The notes under the pieces are model-generated. The model was not told the origin of the DNA. It did not search any database and saw nothing but the letters and a program-made list of their open reading frames with translations. A stretch of DNA of 64,000 bases from Candidatus Zixiibacteriota bacterium (GTDB lineage Bacteria; Zixibacteria; MSB-5A5; UBA10806; 4484-95): assembly GCA_037441845.1 (NCBI GenBank), contig JBBIRK010000007.1, positions 130,575 through 194,574 of the forward strand. The letters run 5' to 3'. Shown here one piece after another: positions 9,297 to 19,939 of the stretch. Position 1 is the stretch's first letter, and each line of letters opens with the position of its first letter. Made by a program: the position numbers and the translations under genes.

Positions 9297-11744
9297 TCAG
9301 ATAACTTTTCTATCTATTACTTTTCTTATCGCCTTTGCAATGTCTTTCGTGTTCAATGGCTTTCTTAAAAATGACCCGGCACCCAGCCTCATGGCCTCCG
9401 CAACCCGTTCGCTTTTGGCGAATCCCGACACTATAATCGCTCTCTGCCCGGGATTGAATTCGAGAATCCTGCGATAGGTCTCCGCCCCGTCGATTCCGTT
9501 GGGCATCACCATATCCAGAAGTAACAGATCGAAATTTTCGACCTTAAGACATTCGATCGCCGACTCACCGCTATCCACCGCTTTGACTTGATAGCCGAGA
9601 TAGGCGAGCATTTTCTGCAAGACCGACCTTTGCATCTCGTCGTCATCGATAATCAACACTTTTTCGGAACCGCCGGGAATATCATCGGAGTCGTCGATTT
9701 CGATGGCCTCCCGGGTGATCGGGAAATAGATATAGAAAGACGTTCCTTTGCCATCTTCGCTCTCCAGATCGATGAATCCGCCATGATCGCTTACCACGGC
9801 ATCGACCACGCTCAAACCCAGCCCCGAACCTTTCCTTCGATCGGCGACTTTGGTGGTGAAAAACGGGTCAAAAATCCGTTGCATGATATGCTGGGGTATT
9901 CCCGGCCCGGTATCGCTTACCGTCAGCCGGACGTATTCACCTCTCGGCACCATCCCGAATCGGCCTTCGAGTTGATCGACGTAATAGTTTTCGGTTTTAA
10001 TGGTCAATACGCCGCCGTCGTTCATGGCCTCACGGGCGTTCGTTATCAGATTGGAAATCACCCTGAAAATTTGAGAACCCCCGCCTTTTATGTTGGCGAT
10101 GTCACCGGCAAGGTCGAGCTCTATTTTCAGCGAATCGGGCACCGGGAAAATTTGCATCACCGCCTGGCGCACTATTTGATTGAGATTCAGCGGCTCGAGA
10201 TTGTAATGTCCGCGGCGGCCGAGCGTCAGAAGTTGCTGATTGATTTCGGCTATTTTCTGGGATGCCGTTTCTATGTCATCGATATATTTGATCGCCGGGC
10301 TGTCCGGCCCGATTTCATGCCTGATGAATTCGGGATAAGCGATCAGCGGAGCCAGCAGATTATTGAAATCGTGAGCGACCTGTCCGGCCACGGTTCCAGC
10401 CGTCTCCAATCTCTGGGCCCGCGCCATCATTTCCTGGATTTTTCTTTCTTCGGTGATTTCCCGAAAAACCAACACGACTCCGATTATCCGTCCATGTCGG
10501 TCGTTTATCGGCGCGCCGCTGTCGGCGATCGGATATACGGTTCCGTCGCGGGAAATGAGCGCGGTATGGTTCGCCAAACCGACGACTATACCCGACCGCA
10601 GAACTTTGGCCACCGGGTTTTCCTGCGGCTGCCCGGTTTCCTCGTTGATAATCCTGAAAACGTCGTTAAGCGGCTTTCCCAGTGATTCCTCTTTGGAATA
10701 CCCGGTCAACTTTTCCGCGACCGGATTGATTAATTCTATTCGGCCGTAGATATCGGTGGCGATAACCGCATCGCCGATAGAATGAAGAGTCACGTTCAAC
10801 TTTTCCTTTTCCGCTTCGAACCGGTCCTGGATATTTTTCAAGGCGGTAATATCAGTGATGAACCCTTCAAGAAAAAACAATTCACCCGAATCGGAAAATA
10901 CGCCGCAGCCTTGTTCCCATACCCATTTCAATTCGCCATTGCGAGTGGTTATTCGATAAACGAGCTTATAGGGTCGCTTTTCATTCAAAGCCGCCTGAAC
11001 CCCATCCCAAACCATCTGTCTGTCCTCGGGAATGATGACGTCACCATAAGCGATCGTCTTATTCCCGACCAGATCGCCGGCCTCATAACCGGTAAGCTCA
11101 AGGCATCCCTGGCTGACGAAATTCATTGTCCATTCGGGGTTGTTCAGACACTGATAAGCCATCCCCGGAAGATTTCCCATCAAAGTTGAAAGCATCCTCT
11201 GGCTTTCCCGGGTTTTATTAATCGCATCCATCAATTCGGTGATATCGAGACCCGAACTTATCGTGGCGGAAATACGGCCGTTATGGTCCGGAATATAGCT
11301 GTTATGCCAGGCTATTAATCTCTCCTCGCCGGTTCGCGATTTGACCGCATTTTCGAAACGATTGACCGGTTCGAGCCGACCACTCATAATCAGGTCGAAA
11401 ACTTCACGGGTTTTTTCGCGATCTCTTTCGGGAATGAAATCGCTAAACCAATTCCTGCCAATGATGTCTTTCGCATCTGCTCCCAGAATCTCGCACCCTT
11501 TTTCATTGATGAAGATGACCTCTCCCTTGGTGTCCAACTCAACCAGAATGACATCGCTGAGCTGAACCATTCTTTTCAAAGACTCATAGGCCAGAGCCTT
11601 CCCGATGGTTTGCCTAGCCCGTTTGGTCGATTTTAATTCGGCGTTTCGGCTTCGCTTTTTGGCGGTTTTCAATCGACCGGTCTTTCGAGACCTGGCGATT
11701 GCGCCCCCCTTTGCTTTTGACTTTTTGCCTATGACTCTCTTCAT
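9297..11744 (-). CDS. PAS-domain hybrid sensor histidine kinase/response regulator
   Basis: Three PAS/PAC repeats; H-box VAHDFNNLL; N-box NLITNAREAM; DTGPGI, FDPFFTTK, GSGLGL; C-terminal receiver (IIDDD, LLDMVMP, KP). Confidence 0.95.
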   Translation of the reverse strand: MKRVIGKKSKAKGGAIARSRKTGRLKTAKKRSRNAELKSTKRARQTIGKALAYESLKRMVQLSDVILVELDTKGEVIFINEKGCEILGADAKDIIGRNWFSDFIPERDREKTREVFDLIMSGRLEPVNRFENAVKSRTGEERLIAWHNSYIPDHNGRISATISSGLDITELMDAINKTRESQRMLSTLMGNLPGMAYQCLNNPEWTMNFVSQGCLELTGYEAGDLVGNKTIAYGDVIIPEDRQMVWDGVQAALNEKRPYKLVYRITTRNGELKWVWEQGCGVFSDSGELFFLEGFITDITALKNIQDRFEAEKEKLNVTLHSIGDAVIATDIYGRIELINPVAEKLTGYSKEESLGKPLNDVFRIINEETGQPQENPVAKVLRSGIVVGLANHTALISRDGTVYPIADSGAPINDRHGRIIGVVLVFREITEERKIQEMMARAQRLETAGTVAGQVAHDFNNLLAPLIAYPEFIRHEIGPDSPAIKYIDDIETASQKIAEINQQLLTLGRRGHYNLEPLNLNQIVRQAVMQIFPVPDSLKIELDLAGDIANIKGGGSQIFRVISNLITNAREAMNDGGVLTIKTENYYVDQLEGRFGMVPRGEYVRLTVSDTGPGIPQHIMQRIFDPFFTTKVADRRKGSGLGLSVVDAVVSDHGGFIDLESEDGKGTSFYIYFPITREAIEIDDSDDIPGGSEKVLIIDDDEMQRSVLQKMLAYLGYQVKAVDSGESAIECLKVENFDLLLLDMVMPNGIDGAETYRRILEFNPGQRAIIVSGFAKSERVAEAMRLGAGSFLRKPLNTKDIAKAIRKVIDRKVI

Positions 11745-11863
11745 GAATGATTCCTCGAGATATCCGCGTTCTCGTTACTTTGGCCAGAAACTTCAGCCAT
11801 GAATTTAACAATCGCCGACCGTTTTTGTCCATATATTTTTGGTCCGATTGGGTTTGTCCGTTA

Positions 11864-11891
11864 TTGACAATTTTCCCAAACATGTTAAATT
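11864..11891 (+). promoter_or_regulatory. Putative sigma70 promoter with extended -10
   Basis: TTGACA-16nt-TAAATT with TG two bases before the -10. Confidence 0.5.
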
Positions 11892-11928
11892 TCAATCAGG
11901 GTATTTATCGAAGAACGAGGTAGTATGT

Positions 11929-13491
11929 ATGTTCAGGTCAAGTTTAGTCACTTCTCTATTATGCGGGTTATTAATTATCGCTTTATCATATGCCGATGAT
12001 AGAATCGAAATAAGCGAAAACGCCGGTGATACCGTAATCGGAACGTTCGATAGTCACGGGGACGGCGGCGGATCGTTCGCCACCGATATCGTGCCTTATT
12101 CTCTTGCTCCCGACTGGTCGCTGAACCTGAGGATGCAGGTAGGAGGAATAGCGGCGGCGGATCTCGACGGCGACGACGATATCGATGTGGCCGTAGGCTG
12201 TTACCATTCGCAAAGTTACCCGCCGTATGATGACTGGCGCAATTTTATTCTTTATAACGCAAATCGCCGATTGCCCTCGGCACCGACATGGTGGTCTACC
12301 GATTCCCGTTCCACCACGGACATAAAAATCGCCGACATAAACGATGACGGTCACCCCGATATTTTCTGCGCTAACGGCGACTTCACTTTCGATCCGGATT
12401 GCATTTATTTCGGGTACGAGGGAGACACCATTTCGCAAACTCCCGGTTGGACTTCCAACAACCCCACCTGGACAACTGGGGCGTCGATCTGTGATTTCGA
12501 CCGCGATTATGATCTCGATGTCGCCACCTCCAACCAGGGAACATCACCTGATCCTTATCGACCTGTGCATATTTATATGAATAACGGCGGCAATCTCGAG
12601 CGGACGCCGTCCTGGAGCTCCGCGGCAAGAGAGATATCGAGTGCTGTGGAATGGGGCGATTGCAACTACGACGGCTGGCCGGATTTGGCCGTCTCCAAAT
12701 GGGTGAATTTCAATTCTTGCGTCTATTTCAACGACAGCGGACTGGTCCTCAATACACCGGGTTGGACGGGGAATACGACTCAGGGGCAAAAAGGGATCAC
12801 CTGGGGCGATATAGACGGCGATCATTATCCGGAACTCGCGATCGGCGGTTCCATTCCAACGCAGATCTACGCGAACGTAGGCGGTATACCGGGTTCGAAT
12901 CCGATCTGGCAATCCCAGAACGCTTATCACGGCACCCAAGATATCGCTTGGGCAGATGTAGACGCCGACGGCGATCTCGATTTGGCCACAGTCGAATTTT
13001 CGACCGGTCATTTACGGATATATCTGAATCGAAACGGCCAATTTCAGCCGGAGCCTTCTTGGCAATATGACGCGCCGAACGTGGGCACGGCCCTGGCTTT
13101 CGGCGATATAAACGGCGATGGATATACCGACCTGATAATGGGAGTTTCCGGGCAACACTGCCTGCTTGTTTTCTACAACAATCTCACTGCTTTGAATGAG
13201 ATGCCGCCGACGCCGAAAGATGCCGCGCTTTGGAGCTATCCGAACCCATTCAACGGCCGGACGATGATCCGATTTAGGTTGGAAAACGCGGGCGAGGTTT
13301 CGATTCGAATTTTCGATATCAACGGCCGCCTGGCGAGAAATCTATTCACCGGGGAGCTCACCGCAGGCGAACATTACTTGATTTGGGACGGACTCGATGA
13401 TATCGGCAGGGCCGTCGGCAGCGGAGTATATTTCGGAATCGTTGAGAGTGCTGGGGTGAGTCGCTCGTTGAAAATGACTTTGCTTAGATAA
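11929..13491 (+). CDS. FG-GAP/VCBS repeat beta-propeller with Por/FlgD-type CTD
   Basis: Sec signal; about 7 D-x-[DN]-x-D-G-x-x-D-[LI] repeats; C-terminal YPNPFN...WDG.D..G..VGSGVY...KMTLLR. Confidence 0.88.
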   Translation: MFRSSLVTSLLCGLLIIALSYADDRIEISENAGDTVIGTFDSHGDGGGSFATDIVPYSLAPDWSLNLRMQVGGIAAADLDGDDDIDVAVGCYHSQSYPPYDDWRNFILYNANRRLPSAPTWWSTDSRSTTDIKIADINDDGHPDIFCANGDFTFDPDCIYFGYEGDTISQTPGWTSNNPTWTTGASICDFDRDYDLDVATSNQGTSPDPYRPVHIYMNNGGNLERTPSWSSAAREISSAVEWGDCNYDGWPDLAVSKWVNFNSCVYFNDSGLVLNTPGWTGNTTQGQKGITWGDIDGDHYPELAIGGSIPTQIYANVGGIPGSNPIWQSQNAYHGTQDIAWADVDADGDLDLATVEFSTGHLRIYLNRNGQFQPEPSWQYDAPNVGTALAFGDINGDGYTDLIMGVSGQHCLLVFYNNLTALNEMPPTPKDAALWSYPNPFNGRTMIRFRLENAGEVSIRIFDINGRLARNLFTGELTAGEHYLIWDGLDDIGRAVGSGVYFGIVESAGVSRSLKMTLLR

Positions 13492-13820
13492 CGATATGGT
13501 CACAATCCCGTTCACGAGTCCGACGGGTGGCCTGTTTCAGCCGAAGAATTTAATCGCGATCAGGCGATCGATTTCCGGCTATCATAATACTTCAGCCGGC
13601 GCATGATTCCCCGGTGATCGCCGATCCCCCACGAAACATCTCGACGGAAATAACTCGATTTCGGTTGTCGAGCAGCACCACGAGTTAGTTGACCGTTTGA
13701 ATATGCCTTGAATGTCGGAACCCCCGGTACCGACTCTCCGTCGATTGCCGAGAGAAAACCTGCCAATCAATTTCGATCTGCTGCATTTTATACCGGTTCG
13801 CAATTCCCCGAGCATTCATG

Positions 13821-13849
13821 TTGACATCCTTCGGCACTGACGATAAACT
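13821..13849 (+). promoter_or_regulatory. Putative sigma70 promoter of nnr (near-leaderless)
   Basis: TTGACA-17nt-TAAACT, ending 8 nt before ATG 13858; no SD. Confidence 0.6.
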
Positions 13850-13857
13850 ACTTCATC

Positions 13858-15411
13858 ATGAAAATCTGCACCCCAAAACAGATGCGGGAAATCGACCGGC
13901 GGGCGATCGAGGAAAAAGGGATACCGGGCCAAACCCTGATGGAAAATGCCGGTCGCGCGGTATTCGAGGCGATCCTGCGGCGGTTCGGAAATGTGCAATC
14001 GAAAACCGTGGCGGTGATCTGCGGAAAGGGAAACAACGGCGGTGATGGTTTCGTGGTGGCACGCTACTTGAAAGAAAGCGGGGCTCATGTCGAAATCGAC
14101 TTGCTATGCCGGGCCGACGAAGTCAAGGGCGATGCAGCCGAAAATATGATGAAGGCGGGCAAATGCAGAATTGCTATAAAGGAAATCACCGACGCCTCTC
14201 AGTATGAAATAAGAACCGACACCTGGCTCATTGTCGATGCCATTTTCGGGACCGGATTTCAGGGCGAAATCAAACCGCCTTATAACCAGATAATCGCGAA
14301 AATCAACAGCTCGGATATTCCGGTCGTGGCGGTCGATTGCCCCTCGGGGCTTAACGGCGCCACCGGAGAACTTTCCGAACCGACGGTGCGGGCTGCCCTG
14401 ACCGTCACTTTCGGTTTTCCCAAGATCGGCCAGGTCTTGTTTCCCGGCAAATCGGTTTGTGGCATTCTCGAGGTCGCCGATATCGGGTTTCCGCCGGGCA
14501 TCGCCGAGGATATCAAGACACATCTGGTGCGCAGGCTCGAGGCCGCAAGGTTGTTGCCGGAAAGGCGACCCGACGCTCACAAGGGAAATTACGGAAAATT
14601 ATTCGTGTTGGCCGGATCGACCGGCTATACCGGAGCGGCGATTTTGACGGCGTCAACCGCCCTGCGTTGCGGAACCGGATTGGTTTTTCTCGGCATTCCC
14701 GAATCACTTAATCCGATTATCGAAATTAAATCGACCGAGGTTATAAGCAAACCGCTTCCCGATGTCAAGAAGGGCGGTCATTTCGCTTTGCGCGGCATGG
14801 GCGAAATCAGGCGCAATATCGCCGCCGCCGATGCCGTGGCCATCGGTCCAGGGATCGGCACTCATCACGAAACCGCGGAATTGATAGGACGACTGGTGCG
14901 CGAAATCGAAAAACCGGCCGTGCTCGACGCCGATGCGTTGAATATCATCGCCCGGAATACCCAAATTCTAAAAGAACATCGCGGCCCGTTGGTGATTTCA
15001 CCTCACGCCGGGGAGTTCTCCAGGTTGACCGGAAAATCCATCGCCCAGATAAACGAAAATCGTTTTGAAATGGCCGCGGAATTCGCCGCCGAATACAACT
15101 TGGTGTTGGTACTCAAAGGAGCGCCGACGCTCACCGCTCTCCCCTCGGGCGATATTCATATCAACTACTCCGGCAATGACGGCATGGCCACCGCGGGTTC
15201 AGGCGATGTTTTGACCGGTCTTATCGGAGGTTTTCTGGCGCAGGGAATGCCGGCCGATGGAGCCGCTATTCTGGCCAACTACGTGCATGGGCTGGCCGGG
15301 GATATCGCCGTCGCCGATATCGGCGGTCGCGGCTTGATCGCCGGCGACATAATGTCGATGGTGCCGCAGGCGCTGGTCGAGCTGGAGGGAATCATAGAAT
15401 CAAACGTTTAA
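13858..15411 (+). CDS. nnr: Bifunctional NAD(P)H-hydrate epimerase/dehydratase
   Basis: LMENAG, CGKGNNGGDG, VDAIFGTG, AVDCPSG (YjeF_N); HKGNYG, IGPGIG, LDADAL, SPHAGEF, MATAGSGDVL (carbohydrate kinase-like domain). Confidence 0.96.
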   Translation: MKICTPKQMREIDRRAIEEKGIPGQTLMENAGRAVFEAILRRFGNVQSKTVAVICGKGNNGGDGFVVARYLKESGAHVEIDLLCRADEVKGDAAENMMKAGKCRIAIKEITDASQYEIRTDTWLIVDAIFGTGFQGEIKPPYNQIIAKINSSDIPVVAVDCPSGLNGATGELSEPTVRAALTVTFGFPKIGQVLFPGKSVCGILEVADIGFPPGIAEDIKTHLVRRLEAARLLPERRPDAHKGNYGKLFVLAGSTGYTGAAILTASTALRCGTGLVFLGIPESLNPIIEIKSTEVISKPLPDVKKGGHFALRGMGEIRRNIAAADAVAIGPGIGTHHETAELIGRLVREIEKPAVLDADALNIIARNTQILKEHRGPLVISPHAGEFSRLTGKSIAQINENRFEMAAEFAAEYNLVLVLKGAPTLTALPSGDIHINYSGNDGMATAGSGDVLTGLIGGFLAQGMPADGAAILANYVHGLAGDIAVADIGGRGLIAGDIMSMVPQALVELEGIIESNV

Positions 15412-15493
15412 TCAAGGGCCGACCACCGAAAAGCCTCGAAAAAAAATAATTACGGTCCCGATGCAAAAATTTTCCACGCCGAAGGAGCCGCAA

Positions 15494-17623
15494 ATGATTG
15501 ATCTCGGAAAAAAAATATCGATAATTCTGTTTATCGCCTCTGCCTTGATTTCAAATATTCTGTCCTGTTCGCAAACCGAAGTGCGCCCGGCCTATCCGGC
15601 CGCCAAAACGGTCGATGCGGCCGATACCCTTTTCGGCAAAATTATTCGCGATCCATATCGTTGGCTGGAATACACCGACAGCGCCGATGTTCAAGCATGG
15701 ACCGATGAAGAAAACCGCCTGACCATATCATATCTCGATAAATTGCCGCAGCGAAAAAGATTGAAAGCCAGATTCGAGGAAATCTGGAATTATCCAAAGA
15801 CCGGCATGCCGATCGAGCGCGACAAACGGTATTTTTTCTCGAAAAACGACGGCCTGCAAAACCACGGCGTAATCTATACTGCAGGAAATCTTACCGACAC
15901 GCCGTCCGTGGCCATCGATCCCAACGCTTGGAGCGAGGACGGTACCGTGGCCATGGACCACTGGGAGGCATCGAAAGACGGACGCTACATAGCCTATGGG
16001 CGTTCGCTTAAAGGCGCCGAGCGCGGCGTGTTAAGAATCCGCGACATCGAAAAAAAACAGGATCTGCCCGATTCCATCACCGATACGAGTTACCCCTCGG
16101 TGGCCTGGCTGAACGACAATAGCGGATTTTTCTACACCAGGAATCCTTCGCCGGGAACCGTGCCCCCGGGCGACGAAAACTATTTCGATAAAATCTATTT
16201 CCATCGGCTGGGAAGCGACATGACGCAGGATCGGCTGATTTACGAGCGGCCGGATATAAAAGAACTCGGGTTGAGCGCCCAGTTGTCGGAAGATGGAAAG
16301 CATCTCTTGATTTACGGCTACCTCGGATCGAGCAGGAAAAACGAGGTTTATTACATGCCGCTTGCGCGAGAATCGGGAATCAAGCCGATAATCAGCGGAT
16401 TCAAATTCGAATACAGGGGCGCGGCGATCGACAGCAATTTTTACGTGATGACCAACGAAAACGCCCCGTACGGCAAGATTATCCTGATCAATCTGAACAA
16501 ACCCGAACGCAAAAACTGGAAGACGATCGTCCCCGAATCGAACGACATTCTTGAAAACTTCTATGCCGTCAACGGGCACCTTATATTGTTGTATCTGCAT
16601 AACGCCTATTCGACGGTCAAGGTTTTTCGTCCCGACGGCGGTTTCGTCAACGAGATCAAGCTGCCGACACTCGGTTCGGTCAACGGGGTTTCAGGACGTT
16701 GGAACGATGATGAAATATATATCGACTTCCATTCGTTTACTTTTCCTTACACGATCTATCGCTATGATTTGCCGAAAAACGAACTGGTTTTTTATCATCG
16801 CAATCCGGTCAAGATCGATCCCTCCGGATACGAAACGAAACAGGTATGGTATAAATCCAAAGACGGGACGCCGATTTCGATGTTCGTGGTTCATAAGCAG
16901 GGAATCAAGCTCGACGGTAAAAACCCGACTTTGCTTTACGGCTACGGCGGATTCACCACCACCATGACGCCTTATTTTTCGTCAACCACGTTCGTTCTGT
17001 TGGAGAACGGGTTCGTTTACGCCATGCCTAATCTTCGCGGCGGCGGCGAATACGGCGATGAGTGGCACAAAGCGGGTATGTTGGAAAAAAAGCAGAACGT
17101 ATTCGATGATTTCATCGCCGCCGCCGAATGGCTGATCGCGAACGGTTATACCAACCCTGGGAAACTGGCGATCTCGGGCGGTTCGAACGGAGGATTGTTG
17201 GTGGGAGCGGTTATGGTGCAGAGGCCGGAACTGTTCCGGGCGGTGGTCTGCGGCGCACCGTTACTGGACATGGTTCGTTATCATATGTTCAATATCGCCA
17301 GATACTGGATCCCGGAATACGGCAGTTCCGAGGATTCGACGCAACTCGATTTTCTATTGGCTTATTCGCCTTACCACAATATACGGCACAATATCGCCTA
17401 CCCGGCGGCGCTGTTCCAATCGGGCGAGACCGATTGGCGGACTCATCCGTTGCATGCCCGCAAGATGGTGGCGGCGTTGCAGGCGGCAACCACCGGCACC
17501 GCCCCAATTCTGCTCGATATGGAACGCAAGACCGGCCACGGCTGGGGGATGCCGCTTTCGCTGCAGCTGGAGAAATACGCCGACGAGTATGCCTTTCTGT
17601 TCTGGCAGTTGGGGGTGAAGTAG
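15494..17623 (+). CDS. Prolyl oligopeptidase (S9A), probable lipoprotein
   Basis: DPYRWLE, SKDGT.I.MF, LLYGYGGF, NLRGGGEYG, GGSNGGLL (catalytic Ser), D and GHG; signal ending ILS-C; AAGGAG SD. Confidence 0.95.
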   Translation: MIDLGKKISIILFIASALISNILSCSQTEVRPAYPAAKTVDAADTLFGKIIRDPYRWLEYTDSADVQAWTDEENRLTISYLDKLPQRKRLKARFEEIWNYPKTGMPIERDKRYFFSKNDGLQNHGVIYTAGNLTDTPSVAIDPNAWSEDGTVAMDHWEASKDGRYIAYGRSLKGAERGVLRIRDIEKKQDLPDSITDTSYPSVAWLNDNSGFFYTRNPSPGTVPPGDENYFDKIYFHRLGSDMTQDRLIYERPDIKELGLSAQLSEDGKHLLIYGYLGSSRKNEVYYMPLARESGIKPIISGFKFEYRGAAIDSNFYVMTNENAPYGKIILINLNKPERKNWKTIVPESNDILENFYAVNGHLILLYLHNAYSTVKVFRPDGGFVNEIKLPTLGSVNGVSGRWNDDEIYIDFHSFTFPYTIYRYDLPKNELVFYHRNPVKIDPSGYETKQVWYKSKDGTPISMFVVHKQGIKLDGKNPTLLYGYGGFTTTMTPYFSSTTFVLLENGFVYAMPNLRGGGEYGDEWHKAGMLEKKQNVFDDFIAAAEWLIANGYTNPGKLAISGGSNGGLLVGAVMVQRPELFRAVVCGAPLLDMVRYHMFNIARYWIPEYGSSEDSTQLDFLLAYSPYHNIRHNIAYPAALFQSGETDWRTHPLHARKMVAALQAATTGTAPILLDMERKTGHGWGMPLSLQLEKYADEYAFLFWQLGVK

Positions 17624-17982
17624 GGGGATACGGGAAAAGCTATTAGACAAAAACCAGCCGTAAAAAAATCTGAATAATTAGGGGCTTATGGCAGGTCAAG
17701 GCATGCCCGTGAACATAACGAATCATTACATGCGCGGTATATGCCTTTGCTGTCTAAAAATATTCGGGATAAATCCAGGCCGTATGTGGCGGAATTGCAA
17801 ATCGGGGGCTTCCGCACCGGAAATAATCTACATCATATTTCAAAATAGCGTCAATTCCTAATAATATGAAATCATTCCCCTTCCGGCAATAGCCATTCCC
17901 CACCGACTCAACTAAACGGACTGATAAAACTGAACTTCCAACGACTGGCGTCGGAGTTATAACGATGTTCCGATACTCTCCT

Positions 17983-19899
17983 TTACCTCAGCAACGTCAC
18001 CTTTCCACCGGCCGATTCCCGGCCCGCCTTGAGGCTGAATAGATAAACTCCGCTCGAAATCCCATCCCTGCCGGAAACATCCCAGGTCAGGCTGTTCTCA
18101 CCGGCTACACCTTCGCCTTCGAACTCAGCGACGAGTCGCCCGGCAATATCGTAAATTCCAAGCTTATACACGGCAGGTTCCGGCAAAGAGAATTTAACAA
18201 CCGTGCTGCTGTTGAACGGATTCGGATAGCTTATAAGCGAAATTCGATCGGGTACCGCCAGTTCGTGATCTGAAATCGAAGTGCTTGCTTGACCGCCGGA
18301 AATGAGAAACACCTTGCCGCCCACATTGTTCAAGAACTGGGTGCCGGCGATCACGTCGGCTAAGCCATCGCCGTTGACATCGCCGATGCCCCGAACGCTG
18401 AAAATTTTGTAACCAGTGGGACAGTTCCAAAGGATGTTGCCGTTGGATCCGTCGGCTAAAAACACCTGACCGGTGAAAGAACCGTAAATGACCTCGACTA
18501 TCCCGTCACCGGTGACATCGGCCGTGTAATCGATCGCCCAGACGTCATCGCCGCCGTATGCCATCCACAGTATCGACCCATCGGCGCCGGAAAGCGCATA
18601 CGCCGAATTCTCCCACGAAGCCACCAAAACATCCTCGATACCGTCGCCGTTCAAGTCGGGGCAGGCGACCACCCGCATGATATAGCTGGCGAACGAACGT
18701 TGCCAGAGAACCTGGCCGTTGCCGAATCTGTATCCGTTCCAGGCGATAACGCGGCTCGGCGTGGAGCCTACCGCCCAGGTTCCGCTGATTACGTCGCGAT
18801 AACCGTCGTTATTGATATCGCCGATCGTGGTCACGCAATAAGTAGATTGCAAAATATTGAACTCCCACAAGCTGACACCGTTGCCGTTGGAACCCCCGGA
18901 TACGCAATACATTCTGCGACCGTTATCGGCGGATCCGAAAACGCATTCGTCACTGGAATCAGCGTTGATATCAGCCAACCTGGCGACCGACATAACCGCA
19001 TCTTCGGCCTGTTTCTGCCAGCGCACCGCACCCGTAGCGCCATCGAAACAGAACACCTTATCGCAATCGCTTCCCGCTCCGGCGAAAATCTCGGGAACAC
19101 CGTCACCGTTCATATCGTTGGCCTCGACCACCGAATAGACCCATCCCGATGGCGGGTTTTGATAAGTGTCGAATGACCAAATCGTCTGGCCTGTCATGCC
19201 GTCGATCACGAACACCGAGCGGCTGCCCCAGGCTGTCCCGAGCAAGATATCACCCCGACCGTCGCCGTTATGATCGCTGCCGTAATTCAAGCAGGCATCG
19301 CCCCAACCACCGGAATTCGACGGCCCGCCGATAGGTCTGGCCGACCAAAGCACATCCGGATTGCCATCGCCGGAACCCGAAAAGCACACCAGATTATCGC
19401 CGGTGGCGCCGGCATCGAATCCCTCGGCCACTACATCCGGGAATCCGTCACCGTTGTAATCCTCGGTGGCGGCCACGCAGACCACGTCCTCGATATGCTG
19501 ATATATCCATATAGGCTCGCCCGGATAAAACGAGCGCACACCCCGGGCGACCGTGGTCAGGAACACTACCGGATTGGCTTGGTTATTGTAATGAAAACCA
19601 ATAACCCCGCTGAAATCGGCGGTTTCCGTAGGCCGGAATTCTATTGCGATTTCGACCGTGTCGCCCGGCGGTATCGGATTCGCCGGGAAATGCGGCCGAT
19701 AAGCGGGATCGCAAATCGCCGAATCGATAACTGCGAGCTGATCGCCGATATTAACCAGCTTCAATTGCCGGCTATGGCTGCCGCCCTCGGATACATAACC
19801 GAATTTGAGCGTGTCGGGAATAAGATCCAGAAGCGGCGAAGAATAAGCGCTTAGGCTCAGCCCAATAATGATACAAAGAATCAAAATGCTCTTTTTCAT
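17983..19899 (-). CDS. Secreted Ig-like + FG-GAP/PQQ-like beta-propeller protein with Por/FlgD-type CTD
   Basis: Sec signal; ASH/Abn-type Ig domain (L.FG.V...L.N.G...I.PG....I.F.P); D.NGDG..D repeats alternating with G..LW motifs; YPNPFN...SSGVY...KVTLLR. Confidence 0.8.
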   Translation of the reverse strand: MKKSILILCIIIGLSLSAYSSPLLDLIPDTLKFGYVSEGGSHSRQLKLVNIGDQLAVIDSAICDPAYRPHFPANPIPPGDTVEIAIEFRPTETADFSGVIGFHYNNQANPVVFLTTVARGVRSFYPGEPIWIYQHIEDVVCVAATEDYNGDGFPDVVAEGFDAGATGDNLVCFSGSGDGNPDVLWSARPIGGPSNSGGWGDACLNYGSDHNGDGRGDILLGTAWGSRSVFVIDGMTGQTIWSFDTYQNPPSGWVYSVVEANDMNGDGVPEIFAGAGSDCDKVFCFDGATGAVRWQKQAEDAVMSVARLADINADSSDECVFGSADNGRRMYCVSGGSNGNGVSLWEFNILQSTYCVTTIGDINNDGYRDVISGTWAVGSTPSRVIAWNGYRFGNGQVLWQRSFASYIMRVVACPDLNGDGIEDVLVASWENSAYALSGADGSILWMAYGGDDVWAIDYTADVTGDGIVEVIYGSFTGQVFLADGSNGNILWNCPTGYKIFSVRGIGDVNGDGLADVIAGTQFLNNVGGKVFLISGGQASTSISDHELAVPDRISLISYPNPFNSSTVVKFSLPEPAVYKLGIYDIAGRLVAEFEGEGVAGENSLTWDVSGRDGISSGVYLFSLKAGRESAGGKVTLLR

Positions 19900-19939
19900 A
19901 CTCTCATTTCCTCCAAACAACAGGACTTAGCCCTCTTTT

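Noticed and set aside
13560..13815. Two short minus-strand ORFs in the 13.5-13.8 kb gap
   Set aside because: No recognisable motif, SD or coding-like composition.
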